DNA of 64,000 nt, from positions 28,210,001-28,274,000 of the forward strand of contig CM022665.1 of the NCBI GenBank assembly GCA_012295275.1, in the 5' to 3' direction. The notes beneath the pieces were generated by a model, which was given only the letters and a program-made list of their open reading frames with translations, searched no databases and was not told the DNA's origin. This document shows positions 37,802 through 60,154 of the stretch, in pieces. The position numbers were made by a program, and so were the translations under genes. This stretch comes from Chrysomallon squamiferum. Lineage: Eukaryota; Animalia; Mollusca. Within the stretch, counting starts at the first letter, position 1. The number at the start of each line of letters is the position of its first letter.

Positions 37802-39838
37802 TGTAAACATCTAAGTGAATAAAATAAAATACACAAACTACAGTTATAATAATTATGATATTACTGCTACTACATTTAGTACTCCTATTAACTCCTATTT
37901 TTACTGTAAACAACACAACTACTCCTCTTATTGCGACTGTACAACTACCACCACAACCACAACTACCACTAGTACCTTACTAAAACCGTTATTACTGTAA
38001 CCACTATATTTATACATACATAATTAATTACTTAAAAAACGCACTAAACAAATACAAACGCACACATATATATATATACACACACACACACATATATTCA
38101 TATACACATACACACAGACGTATGTACATACATATTTACACGCATGCATACATACAAACATACAAATATATTAACACTACTTATACAAGCCAATAAAGAA
38201 AGTTAGTTTGAAATTCTTTAGAATCATTAACTTTTTCAACTTACCTTTAATTGTCAAGACGTTGACTGAACAGTATACGATAATCTTTTTAAACAACGTC
38301 AGAGTATTATATAACATCGCAAATTTAAACACAACACAGAGTTACTGGGTATATTCAGACCTCCTGACTTGAAAAGACACGCAAACCTAAAGTAAACAAA
38401 AAGGCATTTGACCTGACTTGATAAAACGATCCTACTGAATGGCATGTTTTAACGTGTAATCTGTCGGGCACACAGCAAAAACGTGAATATACTACTTAGT
38501 ACATGAAGCTATACACACACGTTACGCGGGCTAACTACTGTACAAACACAATATTTCTGATGTCAATTGTTAAACACGAGATTTGAATAGTACACCCTCG
38601 AAAAAAAAAATTATATATATATATACACACACACACGTTTTTCTTTATTTCCTGTTTTAATAGCAAATATTTATATGAATAAGGTATGCTTATCTGTGCA
38701 TATATACAAAACAAACAAATTTGCACACCATAAAAAGAAAGAAACAACAACAACAACAAAAAAACCCAAAACACCACAAACCAAAAAACCCCAACAAAAT
38801 CAACAAAAAAGCACACATCAACAACTATATAATAATAATATCAACAACACCAACAACCAAAACATTAATAATAACAATCATAACAATAATAATAGTAAAA
38901 CATGAGTAGTAATACTAACAGCAGCAATATTATCAATAATGACGATAATATTATCGTAGGCGTACTAATGAGTGTAGTAGTCGTAGTGAGATTTTGTTTC
39001 TACGAGTGTATTACGTCAGTTAAAATACGAGTATTTTATGTAAGCGCGTACTAAGTTGAAAATACAAATAATTTATGAAACCTCTGTAATGACTCAGTTG
39101 AACCTAGCTCTATCGTAATTTCAAATACCGAACACAGTGTTCGGCAGGCCTATTAAATATTTTATTATTACAATAAATATAGCAATAATATGCACTTTCA
39201 ACATATATAATTACTGAAAATATAAATAAACACACGAACAACGACATCTAACCCCAAGAAAAACCCCCAATAAAGTAACAAACAACAGAAAACAACAACA
39301 ACGGCAAAACTAACAAACAAATAAAAAAGCCAAACAACAAAAAAAAAAAAAAAAAAAAAAACACACACCCAAAAACAACAACAATCAAACAACAAAAAAC
39401 TAAACAAAAATCAACAACAATCGAAACAAATATATAATGTTTTATTCATCTACACTATGAAATTATCATACATTGTGCCTATTTTTCTTTATCACAGAAT
39501 TTGCTATAACAAAATATGTACATATTTCGCTGTATTAGTATGTAAAGAAAATTATATAAAATTTGCCAAGCACATTTCTATCTGATTCCTTTCCATTGTG
39601 TAATGTAATCACACATACACTCACTGTATTACACCGGTTTCAACAGTTAACTTTAGAATACTTTTCACGTTCAAAATATAATGGAATGCTAATCATGATA
39701 ACATAATTTTCAGCAGCAAATTTTACAGTATCTTTTAAGATATATCCTTAGAAACATCTAAGAGTTTTAATAGTGGAGTTACATCGAAATTTCTTGAACA
39801 AAATTCCTCCGTTTTGTTAAAGCTGATGACTGGTTTAT

Positions 39839-46748
<6,910 letters not shown>

Positions 46749-47237
46749 TTATTATCCTCTGAAACCCAACAACAAAAATAATAAATTATAAAACTGTTTT
46801 CTAATTAAAAAACGTGAAGAGTAATTTGTTTCTTTGTCTGTAATTACTTCGGTACTGGAGGAAAAACGACGGTTTAAAGAAACTTTCCGCAAATGTCTGA
46901 TATTTTTTTTTTAGAAAAGATAAATTTAAAAATTTAGTCCCATTCTTTGCATCTATTTTTATTTGTTTATATTTTTGTGTGTCTCTATTTTTGTCTGTTT
47001 GTATGTTTGTCTGTATATGTCTGGGCATCTGTCGATTAAGTCTACCTAACTGCTTAACAGTCTACAACGACTCATCTGCTTGTTTTGTGCTATTCAACTT
47101 TCCAATATTGGGATTAACAAACACCTTCCCCGTAAACAGTTTTCGATTCACTTTTTATGTATTTCAGTACTGGTGTTCTAACTTTATCCATTTAATTTAT
47201 CATGTTAAAAATTAAGGAGTGGAGAGAAAAACCTACA

Positions 47238-47272
<35 letters not shown>

Positions 47273-48539
47273 AATAAAAATAAAAGTTTGAAAGATATTT
47301 ATCCATGTATCTATTGTCTAACACCTGAACTAGAGCTTTAATAAAACTTGTCTCGGACTATCAGTTACAGGTGAACTTACGTAACCAAATGTACAGGTAA
47401 ACAATAAAATTAAATTAAATGTGATTAAAAGAAGAAAAAAAAAGTTAAAAAAAAAAAAAAAAGAAAGAAGAAGAATAATATAACAAAATAAAATAAATGA
47501 AAAATATATATAAAAAAAACTGAATAAAATACAATGTTAATAAAAAACGTTTACATAAATTAGAAATTAAAAAATAAAAACTGAATAAGAAAATTAAACG
47601 AAAAATAAATAAATAAATAATAAAATATAAAAAAAAATAATAACAAAAAATGTAAAAATAAGTAATTTAAAATAAGAACAAAATACGCTAATAAAATGAA
47701 ATAAAAACAGAAATAAATAAAATGAAATGAAAATAAACATATCAAAACAACAATACAATAAAAATGTTATTACTTCAGCCGTGATGTAAAAATAAAATTT
47801 AAAATTTAACTGCTTAGTAGCCATTGTGTACCTGCACAATATTAAGTCACACTCACTATAAACCTGTGTATGGATGAAAAATAAAATCTTGCTGGCAAAA
47901 AGCCACGCAGATTATTGTAATTGTTGTTTCATAAGACCGAAGAAAAAGCTTTTGTTAACATTCTGCAATAACAGTATTTTGAGGTGTGGTATATTCGCTG
48001 TATTGAATTTTAATTACAACACAGATTACTCATATATGTGTGAGTGCGTGTGTGTGTCTGTGTGTATGTGTGTATTGGTTGACCTTTATATTTTAGGTTT
48101 AGTATTACAATTTAATGGCATAACGCAATGATGTGTTAAAATATTATTTAAGAAATATAGTTATGCGCATAATATCTAGTACTGAAGAATATAGAAGAAA
48201 AAGTAGACAAACGCAAAAAATAAAAAATAAATAAAAATAAATAAATAAATAAATAAATAAAACAATTAAAAAAATAAAATATAATAAAAAAAAAATAAAA
48301 TAATTTAAAAAAAAAATAATAATAAAATAATAAAAATACATTAATACAGTTAAGGGTGAAGTAAGAACGTTTTTCGAATTTATTTATATATATATATATA
48401 TTAAAACATATAAAGGCGAAAAAAAAAAAATTTCATAAGCAGCGAATCCTTATTAAATAACAAAATAAATTTATACATATTTTCTTATTTTATTTTGTAA
48501 AAATATTAAATTTATGCAGAGAAGAAAATCAATAAAATA

Positions 48540-48820
48540 CGTTATGAATAAATGAATAAACAAATAAATAAAATAAAATGAACGGAGGTAAATGTAAATA
48601 AAATATGAATGAATGAATAAATAAATAATATTTGAAAGAATGAATAAATGAATGAATAAAATATGAATGGATGAATTATAAATAAATGAATGAATAATAT
48701 TTGAAAGAATGAATAAATGAATGAATAAAATATGAATGGATGAATTAGTGAATAAAATATGAATAATTAAATAGAATATAAATGAATAAAATATATATAC
48801 ATGAATAAAAAATGAATAAA
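48540..48820. repeat. (GAAT/AAAT)n low-complexity tract containing a duplicated ~68-bp unit
   Basis: ATATTTGAAAGAATGAATAAATGAATGAATAAAATATGAATGGATGAATTA occurs twice. Confidence 0.8.
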
Positions 48821-49156
48821 TGTAATAGAAAAATAGAAATAATGATTAAAAAAGTAGTTAAATGGCGTCTATGGATGTTAATTTCTGAGGATATAAAAAG
48901 TAATGCTATACTTTGTAGGTGAAAAAGGTTTATAACTTTTTTTAAAAAAAAGAAGATATTTTTGAATGTTTGTGCACCCTTATTGTTCTAAAAAAAAAAA
49001 AAAAAAATGAAGATCTAGTAAAACAGCGACTCTTTACTATTTTTCACTTTGTAATTGGGTGTGCTTATAATTTCCAACATCTAAAAACATTATTGAGCTA
49101 AACCAGGATATTTTTGAGAATGTGTATATATATATTTTTTTTTTTTAAGTGTACAC

Positions 49157-49191
<35 letters not shown>

Positions 49192-49513
49192 CACACACAG
49201 ATATATGTGTGTGTGTGTGTGTGTGCACTTACAAAAAAAGAAATAAATTAGTTTTATTACAAGGACACACACATCACCATATCAAACATACACCGTTAAT
49301 ATAAAAATAATAATAAATATAAATTTTTGTTTTCAATAATGACAGCTAAATATAATCGAGCGATATACAGGTGAAAATACTGAAATTTTATTTTAATATA
49401 AAATATCTCATATTAATGACGTCTATAAATATATTAATTTATTATCTTACAAATTAAAAACCTAAAGCAAAACTGTTATCGTTATAGGTATCATCATAGG
49501 GATATTATTTTCA

Positions 49514-49527
49514 GTTTCTATGGTATC
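49514..49527. promoter_or_regulatory. X-box-like motif GTTTCTATGGTATC
   Basis: Near match to GTTNCCATGGNAAC, 2.8 kb upstream of the LRRC74-like ATG. Close to candidate minus-strand UTR donors at 49635 and 50243. Confidence 0.35.
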
Positions 49528-50821
49528 CACGGTGTTTATGTACGCCTTCGGTATACTCCGATAAATATTATGCATAATAAAATGTTATAAATGTACAACT
49601 ACAGTATTGAAAAATAAAATAGAAATACCACTTACCTTCAGCCTTCGTGTTACAACTCCTCACTTTAAAACAGGGTTGATGTATCTTTGATTGTGAAGAC
49701 AATGCGCTATGAGTAGAGAGAAACTGCTCGTTATTATTTAAGCATACGCCATTCTTGTTTATCACAGACTCTCACTAAACCGCGTTTTTGATGACGAGAG
49801 TTTCAGAGGGGTTCTTTGCAATGACAATACAAATTTCTATTACAAAATATATTCCTTCTTTGTTTTTTTTTTTTAAAACCTCGATAAGTATTCCAGTAAT
49901 GTTAATAAACGAAAATGATTTATAAAAACTGATATATATATATATATATATTTTTTTGTTCACAGAATGGTAACAATCGACTGTTTTGATGAAAGTGATA
50001 TGTTTGTTTTTGCCAAAACCTTTATAGGGCCTTCATTGTCCGCACCGTTACGAACAATACCGAAAATAATGAGGCTTTGTAACGGTCAAGCCCTGACATT
50101 TCAACGAAGTGGACAACAATGGAAATTAGTTCTACTTGTGTTAATCCACGACTTGCGGTGTGGTAGAAAGTCACAGTCATTGTAACTTGCATATTGATTG
50201 GTTTGTTTATGTGTGTTTTTGTGTGTGGTTTTCTGTGACTCACCTGGACATACACCTTTATCACGGATTCAGTCACCGTGGCCAGGTCACGGGCTAGGCC
50301 GGGATGAACGTGCCTGATACTTAATTGGATATACGTATACATGAATAGATTTTTTTAGTTTTTTTATATCGGCACTGGAAGCACACCATTTAACAGCGAG
50401 AATTTATATTTCACTTCTATAAAACTGTCACAGCCATTCTAAACGTTTTAACTTATTATTTTTCTATTTTTTGTTTTAAACTTTCGGATGAATATTTTTC
50501 CTACAGACAATTGCGTAATATATTCTGATGACCTTTTATGGTATGTGCTGTGCTGTTCTGTAAAACTGTTCTGGAAAGATTACTGATTTTGGCTTCTTAA
50601 AAAGAGAGATATTATTATATTTAGATATTGATATATGAAGCTAGATATCAGGACCACTTATGTAATTTACCGTGAGTTATATTTACAACAGAATGAATAC
50701 AAGATTTAAGTAAGACAAACAGGCAGAACAAGAACAAGAAACAGAAAAAGAAAGAGAAAAGAGAAAAAATAAACAGACAAATAAATAGTCACATAAACAA
50801 AAGGTTTATGGATGCGTAGAC

Positions 50822-50913
<92 letters not shown>

Positions 50914-50959
50914 CTCTTTCTCTGTCTCTCTCTCTCTCTGATTATATGGAATGGATAAA

Positions 50960-51091
50960 TATAGATAAAAACACAGATATGTAGAGAGATAAATAGATAG
51001 ATAGATATGTAGATAGGTAGAGAGAAAGGTAGAGAGATAGATAGATAGATAGATAGATATATAGGCAGATAGATAGATAGAGAGAGGTAGG

Positions 51092-51127
<36 letters not shown>

Positions 51128-51230
51128 CAGAGAGAGAGGTAAAAAGATAGGTAAAGAGATGGATAGACAGACAGATAGATAGACAGAGACAGATAGGTAA
51201 GTAGGTAGATAGGTAGACAGGTACAGGGAC
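50960..51230. repeat. (GATA)n/(GACA)n tetranucleotide tract
   Basis: Directly visible. Related tracts occur at ~34730-34890 and ~41950-42090. Confidence 0.9.
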
Positions 51231-52135
51231 ACAGAAAAACAGAGCTATTGAAAACAATCACGAGCACAAAATTTGGCACAATTTATTTTGATTCAAGAAC
51301 GTTGAATATAAATAGATTTTTAAACAAACACAAATTAAACAAATATAAATGTACATGAAAAATGCCTCGTTGAATGCAAATCTTCAAATCACTTTTAGTT
51401 TTATTTAATGATTACGCGATGTTTTGAATGATGTCAATGGTTATGCATATTTGCCATTTGCACCGGAAGGCAGTTATCTAAATGGACAATTATATCTTCA
51501 CAACCAAAATATATAATAATAATAATAATGATAATAGTTTTATTAATAGGTACAAAAAAACCTACGTGTACCTAAACAACGTCACAAAGCTGGAATTGAG
51601 GTAGCTCTACTATTTCGCACACAACAATACGTAGATTGTTTCCAAACAACAGCCAAATAGGTGACTTTTAATAATTCAACGACCAAATAATGCCCAAGAA
51701 AACAGGCAGGAAAATTTAATGTATGAATGTATGTAAGAGAGACAAAAACTGTCTAATTCATTTTACATGATGAAACTTTACTTCAGTTCCAGCTTATTGC
51801 AGAACCATTCCAATCATGTTAATTTTTAAATTTATTTTGTTAAATAAATTTGAAAATAAGTTTAAAATTTAAAATAAAAAAAATGATAGAAATAAAAATA
51901 AAATAAATGAATAAATAAAGAAAAGTAATAATAATAATAAAACAAAATAAACAAAATAAACAAAATAAAATAAATAGGAATTAGAAAAATGTAAAGTAGA
52001 AAAGTTGCGAATTCATTGTAGGAAGCAAATATAAAGGAAATTAAGATATAACAATAACGCCACAAAGACTGAGTAATATACTCACCGTTTTGAAAACTCA
52101 AATACACACATCTTAAAACAAAACAAAACAAAACA

Positions 52136-52170
<35 letters not shown>

Positions 52171-55130
52171 TAATAATAATAATAATAATAGCAGTAATAA
52201 CAGTAATAACAGAAACAAATAAATTATTTATAACGGTAAGTAGTAAGTACCATGTTTTGTAAATTGGAATGGTTCGGTATTTTATTATTTCTAACAATCA
52301 GTACATTTCAAGGAAAACTTCTTAGAAATTAAAAAAAAAAAAAACACTTCTTGTCGATAGAAGCTAAGCATGGTACAGAATATATGATGTAATTATAACT
52401 ACTGAGTCCCTTCTTGTTATTTCCCAATAATAAAATTATTTCAGAAGATAAATTTATGGTTTTGTTATTAATTAAGTTTATTCGTAACTAACCCCCTCTG
52501 AAGGTCTTATAATAGAAATCATATTCATTTCTACAAAAATTGAGACTTTTGTGATTTATTTATTTATTTATTTATTTTTAAATAATACCACGTAATTTCA
52601 ATTTCCAAATCGTTATTATCTAGTAAAACTATTGTTAAAATCAGCGTTGCTGTATTGTTTAATAAAAGTCAAAATCTTTTACGCCATATCATTGTGAAGT
52701 CAAATATCTTTAGAATTAACTAATATAAAAGTATATTATACTATTTTTCTTTTTTATATATATATATATTTATTTATTATAACCATCAACAACATTACCA
52801 CCATCATTGTTATCTCTATAATTACTATCAAATAACTAACTGATTAATCTGAAATATATTTATATTATAGGAAAAAAACTTGAGAAACTATGGTAGTTCT
52901 GATTATACCTTAAGCAACGTTATTTATATACGGTATATAGTAAATACAATAACGTATCTACATCTGCAAGTATTAAGTCATTTATGGTTTTGATTCCTTT
53001 GATTCGTTTGTAGGTTGAAAAATACAGTAAAAAAGAAATTTTATTATTTTCTTTTAGAGAATATATAAAGTCTTTTTTTTTTTTTTTTTTTTTTCCTTAA
53101 GCAAAAAGCCCAGGTGCGTTACAAAAAACGTAACTGTTTCTCTGAATATTAATTAGATTACTTCTAAAATATTAATTAAATTATTTCCTATTATTTTAGT
53201 TATGTTATTGTATTAACAAAACTTAAAATAATAATAATAATAAGTAAAAAAATAAATAAATGAATAAATAGCACCACCGGCTATTTCTTATATGAGCAAT
53301 CAAAACATTTTCGTAGAAGTCCTTAAGTCAGAGATGTCACCATGTCATCAAGTCCTTTATACAGATATCATGACATCTTTTTATATGCGTTATCATATCT
53401 TTTATATTGTTATCATCAAGTCCTTTATATAGGTGTCATCAAGTTTTTTTTTATCAAGTCCTTTGTACTGATGTCATCAAATTCTTTGAACAGTCAAGTT
53501 TCTTTTTTCTGTAGAAATTAACAAGACTTTTTTTTTTTTTTTTTTTTTTGGGAAGAAATCATTAAATCCTTTATTAAGAAATCAGAAGATTAAAATTTTA
53601 TATAAATCCTTTCAGTTTTTTAAATTTATTTTTATTGCTATTGCTATTATTATTATTATTATTATTATTAAATTTGATTAATTCTTAATTATGATTATTC
53701 CGAGAAATAAATTAACTAATGTAATTTATAAGTCATAATGAATTATGTCCCTTTACCAAAAACTGACAGGACTATATTTCTCAGTGTTTGCAGTGCACGT
53801 ACTAATAAAGACAGTAGACAAATAGGTAAATAAATAGCCGCCCATCAATCATATTAGTCCTCAAACAGACTTGAAAATACTTATATTTAGAATACGCTAT
53901 TCAGAACAGGAAACAAAGCAATGAAATGCTTAATACCTTCAGAATAACAATAAAATCACGTTTACAAGGTTATCAGTAACAATGTACAAATATAAATATG
54001 AGTTCAAACAACAGCAGTTCTACGCTAGATGCTTGAGATAATAGCTCTAATGAATAACATCACATATATATTTTTACACTATTCTATAGTGTGGGTGTAC
54101 ATGTATATGTGTATATATGTATATAATGAAGGTATCCAATCAAAACATTGGGAACATAATTGTACATAAATATTTCAATAAAAATATAAATTAAAAAATA
54201 AAAATAAAAAACAATTGTCTCCAAAAAATGTCCAGTGAATAATAACAATAACTATTTCATTTTTGAACAGCTAAGAATACCAAAACAATAATTAGTTAAT
54301 ATGATGAAATGTCAGTGTTTTAGAGTGAAACGTAACTGATGAAAACTGAATATAACAAATGTATATAATTTTATAATTCTTAATAATAATATATTTATAA
54401 TTCACATTAATTTATGACGAAAGGATCTTTAAGTTCCAGTTAAAATATTGTGGAAAATACCATAATTATAACACTTCAGTAAGATAATAAATAACATTTG
54501 ATTATTAATTATAAAATAAAAAAATAAATAAATAAAATAAAAATAATAAATAAATAAATAAAATAAAAATTAAAAATAATAATAATAAAATAAACGAGCA
54601 AAAATTCACAATGACAATTTTATCATTGTGCTTTTTATTTTATTATTATTTTTTCAATTATTTAACGTGTGTACTATAAGAGAAAATTGTACACATATTT
54701 AAGACTATACTACAGTATTACTAATAGACATGAGCATTATATATATATAAGGGAATCCGTAAAATTTGCAAACATTTGACATAATAAATGTTTTAAATGG
54801 TTCGATAAAAAATGTTATGAACCACATAATATATTAATATTATTCTACTTCTGACAGTTTCTACTGAGCACTTAAATAACGTAACAGTTTGACAATAAGT
54901 AGTGATTAACCATATTATTATATACAGCATGTTATATTAAAATTATATTAACACAACAAGTGATGAATGTACAGTATACAAACTTAACACAAAAATTTAA
55001 CAAAAAAAGACTTAAATCAGAAAGTAAATTTCTCTGCGAATAGCTGCACATTTGAGCAAAAATTATTTTAGAGTCTATCGCCATTAGAGACTGGAGTAGT
55101 TGTTAAGGCTACGCCAATTTGTTTTAAAGG

Positions 55131-55456
55131 AATAATTATGCATAATTAGAGTTATCTCCTCCTTTAAGTGTTTTGTAAAGCGCCAATCACAGATTTCGTT
55201 ACAGAAATAATTTTCATATTACAATTTTGTATTTATTTTGGAGGATTAATTATGCATAATTAGAGTGTTTACAGAAAGCCAGTCGCAGATTTCATTATAG
55301 AAATAGTTTTCAATGAAGTCTCATGTTACATAATTAACATACCTTTTACTGCATTAAAACAGTGTGTTATAAAATATAACTTTTGTGTCGACGAGATGTA
55401 AGGCTATGCTATTATCAAGAATAATTCTGCATAATTAGAGTTACCTCCTCTTTTAA
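55131..55456. repeat. Three dispersed copies of TAATTATGCATAATTAGAG
   Basis: Copies start at ~55133, ~55247 and ~55422 (one mismatch). Two continue as TTA(T/C)CTCCTC. Confidence 0.75.
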
Positions 55457-55552
55457 TTTTATATTACTTAAAATCACAGTTTTCTTTTCCCAAAGCAGAT
55501 TCTTTGCATATTGTAATTGTTATCGCCGTTGTTGTAATCACCCACATTTAGT

Positions 55553-55565
55553 GTTGCCTAGCAAC
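55553..55565. promoter_or_regulatory. RFX X-box motif GTTGCCTAGCAAC
   Basis: Direct match to the near-palindromic RFX consensus, upstream of the LRRC74-like gene. Confidence 0.55.
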
Positions 55566-58500
55566 AGTCACCGGTACGTTTCTTCAGTATAAAAGTCTAT
55601 TACTGCCAGTTAATCGAAATTATTTCAAGTAGTATTGAAATTAAAATAATTTCGTAGTTTTCAAAATATCGAAAATACCATTGATTAGTGAAAAATGATA
55701 AGATTTTTATTTTTATTTTTTTATTTTTTACTCTATCTGTTGTTGTTACTGTTGTTGTTGTTGTTATTATTATTATTATTGTTATAATTCAAAATATTAA
55801 TAAACAGTTTAATAATTTCAATCAACTGGCAATAAACTTGAGATCATAAAAGTTATAGTTCTTGTCACCGTAATAATGTTAAAAATATAAGTCACTTTGA
55901 CCTACCTAATTATGATACATATTTTAGCTTCTTGTACAAAACAATGTTTACTTTTAAAGATATCACAGTTTTGACCAAACTGAGATCTGGTCAGCTTAAA
56001 ATTAATTCATCTATATGATTTTACATCTGACATTTATGGTTATGAATACACTATAGGCCATTCTGATATTTAAGTTTAAAATCATTGTTCTGGCCAAACG
56101 ACACTTTACGATGTAGATGCAGCAGACTAATCTTACTTTGGAGACACTGATGATGAAAGTTTTGGCGAAGCTCAGTTACGATACTTCTATTTTTCTAACG
56201 TGCTGCTACGATTAACATTCTATTTGTTGAATTTTATGTATTTTCATTTTTATATATATATATATATATATACTTTAATACAAAATTTTAACCAGTTATT
56301 GTTAAAAAATCAAACAAAAACAAAACAAAACAAACAAGAACAGAAGACCTAACTTTTAGACAATTTGCTTATTAACAGTAATGCAATAATGATCTTTTTC
56401 TTTTCTTTTTAAAGCCATTCTTTTCTGGAAGACTCAGTCTTTGGAGAATATTTACGTTCTCAATTGACTTTCGACAAAATGTGAAGCTGTTAAAGCAGCT
56501 TGTGCTTTTACTTTTTCGCGTATTTTTCTAAATATTTGTTACATTTATGTGTAATGTCATTCTGATCATTTAGTAACACGAATACTCTGACTTCAGCTGC
56601 CGAGTTCTTTTCATTCAGAGAAAAACTGTATATTCAAACCTTTTAAGAAGTATCCTTTCCAACTAAAATAAAATAGTTTGTTGATTAGATTTCCTGCTAT
56701 GAGATAACGCAGTAATAAACATAAACAACTAGATTATATACATAATCATATGAATGTATCTTATATGGGTAGATCATTTCAAAACGAGCGAAGTTACCAG
56801 AAGCACTGAAAAAAAAAAAAAAAAAAGCGAGGGGGGCTACCTATTTCTTCATGTAGCAGGGTTCTGGTAATTTATTTGTTGATTTTTTAAATAATATATC
56901 TTACCTATCGAAACGAAAAGGTATTTATTATTAAACACAGAACTTTTAGTTGCATTTTGGTTCGAAAAATGCTTGCTTACTGGTCACTGAAAACTGTCTG
57001 ATATTTTCTGTGTCTGAAAAGAACAATGGCAGTTGAAAATCAGAGTTTTCGGGAAATAATTTAACCTGAAAAAAGTAGAGTTATGTATTTTCTTTAAAAT
57101 AAATAGACACAGTAAAATAACATTTCTTTGGCACAGAAACCATTCTAATTCTAAAAATGTATATAAATAATTTATTTAAGTGTTTTTTTGTTGGTTTTTT
57201 TCTCCGAGTAATAAATCTGTTCAGATAACAATTATAATTCGATTCTTAAAAAATATTTTTCTATAAATAAAAACGTGTAATAAAAATGATGTTTGGTAAA
57301 TTAATTTAAATTAATTTCTATTAATTGTTTGCCGTGAAACCTTTGATGCTTGTTTATAATTTTTTTTTTTTTTTATTTACTGCGTGTTCAAAAGTTATAT
57401 ATCTTAATAACACAAGCCACTTATACATATCCACATTCATGCACACCTAATCAATATTTTATTTTGTGTTAGACTATTCTAATTTTGAAACCTATACTAT
57501 TTCCTTTAAAACGCATGCAGGATTAAAAATTATAAATGTTTATTATTTAAGCATTAATTTACCGTAATAATAAGAATATAATTAATTAATCAAATTATTT
57601 TTATATATATTAATATAAATAAGCTTACACTGTCGGCGTAATTTTGTTATTATAGAAATCAACAGATTCAGTCTTAAGCAGCAGATATTAAATGAAATTG
57701 TGGATGTTTCAACAAAGTAAAGCAGAATGTATTAAATATTCCAATACTGCAGTATTTTATTTTTATATCAAACAGACTGTTAGTATTTACACAACTAATT
57801 ACCACCGAATAATGAATCGGCTATATGATAACCGATTGAAAATAAATTAAATCAGGTTTTATATATATATAACTATGTTTGGGGTAAAGAGAAAATAAAA
57901 TTATATTTGTTTTAATCGAAAGAAAAATCTTTTTTAACTACGTTTTTGTAAAATGCACATTCTATATACAGGATATATGTACATAAACTATCCAAAAAAC
58001 CAAACAAATGATGTGTAATCACCACAGTCGTAAATGAAAACAAAATGAAGCAATTTTCAATATCACAGTACTATGTATGTCAAATACAATAAATAAAACG
58101 TCTGAACAAATGCCGACAATGTAAGTATTATAACTTTAGGTAGTTACATGTAAGGTCCGTAGGAACAGTATAATAAGTGAAGTGGTACATTGGTTTAAAT
58201 AATATAACCGTCTTTTGTAATTATGTAATTCCTTACCATATTAACAAAAGATCGTAATTAAAAATTTTGCACAAATTCAGTTTGTTTTATTAATTTCTTT
58301 AGTAGGCCATCTAATTCTTCATATCTTATTAAGTGATAAACAAATAAATGCACAATGTTTTTAGAACGTCTTTTTAACATTATTTATTTTCTTTATTTAA
58401 AGAATATTAAGCCGTACTTAACAAGTTTTGTTTTTAAAAACCATTGAAACATTGTTTACGACCTTTTGCTAACCAGGTGAAGAATTATTTAGATTCCGTG

Positions 58501-58873
58501 ATTTGTTAACAAGTATTAATGACAAATTTAAAATCGTATTTAACAAACAAGAAGTATCACTGTATTATCCAGGATACTTGGAAAAATGGATTTTTATATA
58601 TAGGCCTTCTTCAAAATCTCCTACGGGCCGTTATTTCAGGTGAAATTATGACATTTAAAGGGACAAATCCCAACTAATTAAATGTTGGAAAGACAGCAAT
58701 TGTGCATTACTTAGAGGTAGTTTTATTGTTGATATTATTTACAGAATTCTAGGGGGGAAAAGACAATTAGGATAGAACTTTATATAAAAAAAAATAAAAA
58801 ATAAAAAAATTTAAAAAAATGTCAAAAAACATCAAATTACTGAAAGAATGGATGAATGAATGAATGAATTGAA

Positions 58874-58904
<31 letters not shown>

Positions 58905-59285
58905 CCCCAAAAATGCCCCAGAAAGCAAGATGAAAAACGTTGTAATTAATCTCGGAACAAAGCTGATATCACGAATCAGTGACATAAACGTACTAAGTAT
59001 ATGTTACGTATTCCCCAAACACTATGCATATCTTGATAATAGAACACGACCAACACAGCACCATTTCTTAATATTTAAAATACAATTTTTCTTTTCTAGA
59101 GTAGTGCTATAGTTCAATAATGTCATGTTCTGCAAATTATATTCATTGCACCATTTCATGTAGACGGTTTTTCTTTTGTTGTAAGGCATCTTATGGTCTT
59201 TTGAATGTTGAAACATTTTCTTATCAAGATAGGCAATGTGCCTTTAAGATGCGGTAAAGATTTTCACAGATATAATTATGAACGA

Positions 59286-59320
<35 letters not shown>

Positions 59321-59589
59321 AGAAGCCAATCCGAGACCTTTTAACTTAATCATAATCTGATTTGATTGCTTCCCACTTCTGCCCAACCCAGCCAGTTAAA
59401 TAGAACAAAACAATAATTAATTAAAGATAATAAATAAATAAATAAATAAATAAATTAATTAATTAACAACAAGCATTTTCCATTTAAAAAATTCAAAACA
59501 AAGCAATCACTTAACACATCCGGTTTGAATCTTCCGGTTTATAAATTACTTCATACTGCATCCGGCTTTACGAAACTATTTAATAGCTG

Positions 59590-59620
<31 letters not shown>

Positions 59621-59622
59621 TA

Positions 59623-59664
<42 letters not shown>

Positions 59665-60005
59665 AATAAATAAATAAATAAAACAAAATGTTTAAAAATT
59701 AAAAATAAAAACAACAACAACAGTAAAATACTTTCAGAGTTCAGTATTAGTCCTAACAGTCACATTTTGTTTCAGATGCATAACCTTCTGTTACAAGATA
59801 AACTAGCCGTAAATAAACGTATAAAATATCACATGGGTTATTTATCATATTGTTTTGACGTAACTCTAACATTATCATTACATGCTCTTAGAATACTTTT
59901 TAAGCAGACTTGGCACAAACCGAAAACATGCGTCTATAAGGGCAAAAGCAGTTGTTTAAAGGTATGTAAACCAGATACCAGAAAATAAAGCAAAGTCCAT
60001 TTCAT

Positions 60006-60154
60006 CAGGGCCGAATTTTAATACAACCTAGGCGTAGGGCGTCGCGGAAGTGAAGGGGGTGGGGGAGCACGGTGGCTTGGTTTCAGTTGACTAAAAATTC
60101 GGTTTTTAAACTTTACTATAAATTAGGGATTCGTGACGTCAAAATCCAGCCCTG
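60006..60154. mobile_element. MITE-like element with 14-bp imperfect TIRs
   Basis: CAGGGCCGAATTTT ... AAAATCCAGCCCTG (2 mismatches). No clear TSD. Confidence 0.6.

Noticed and set aside
55131-55456. CRISPR-like repeat-spacer array
   Set aside because: Eukaryotic context, only three degenerate copies, irregular spacing, no cas genes.
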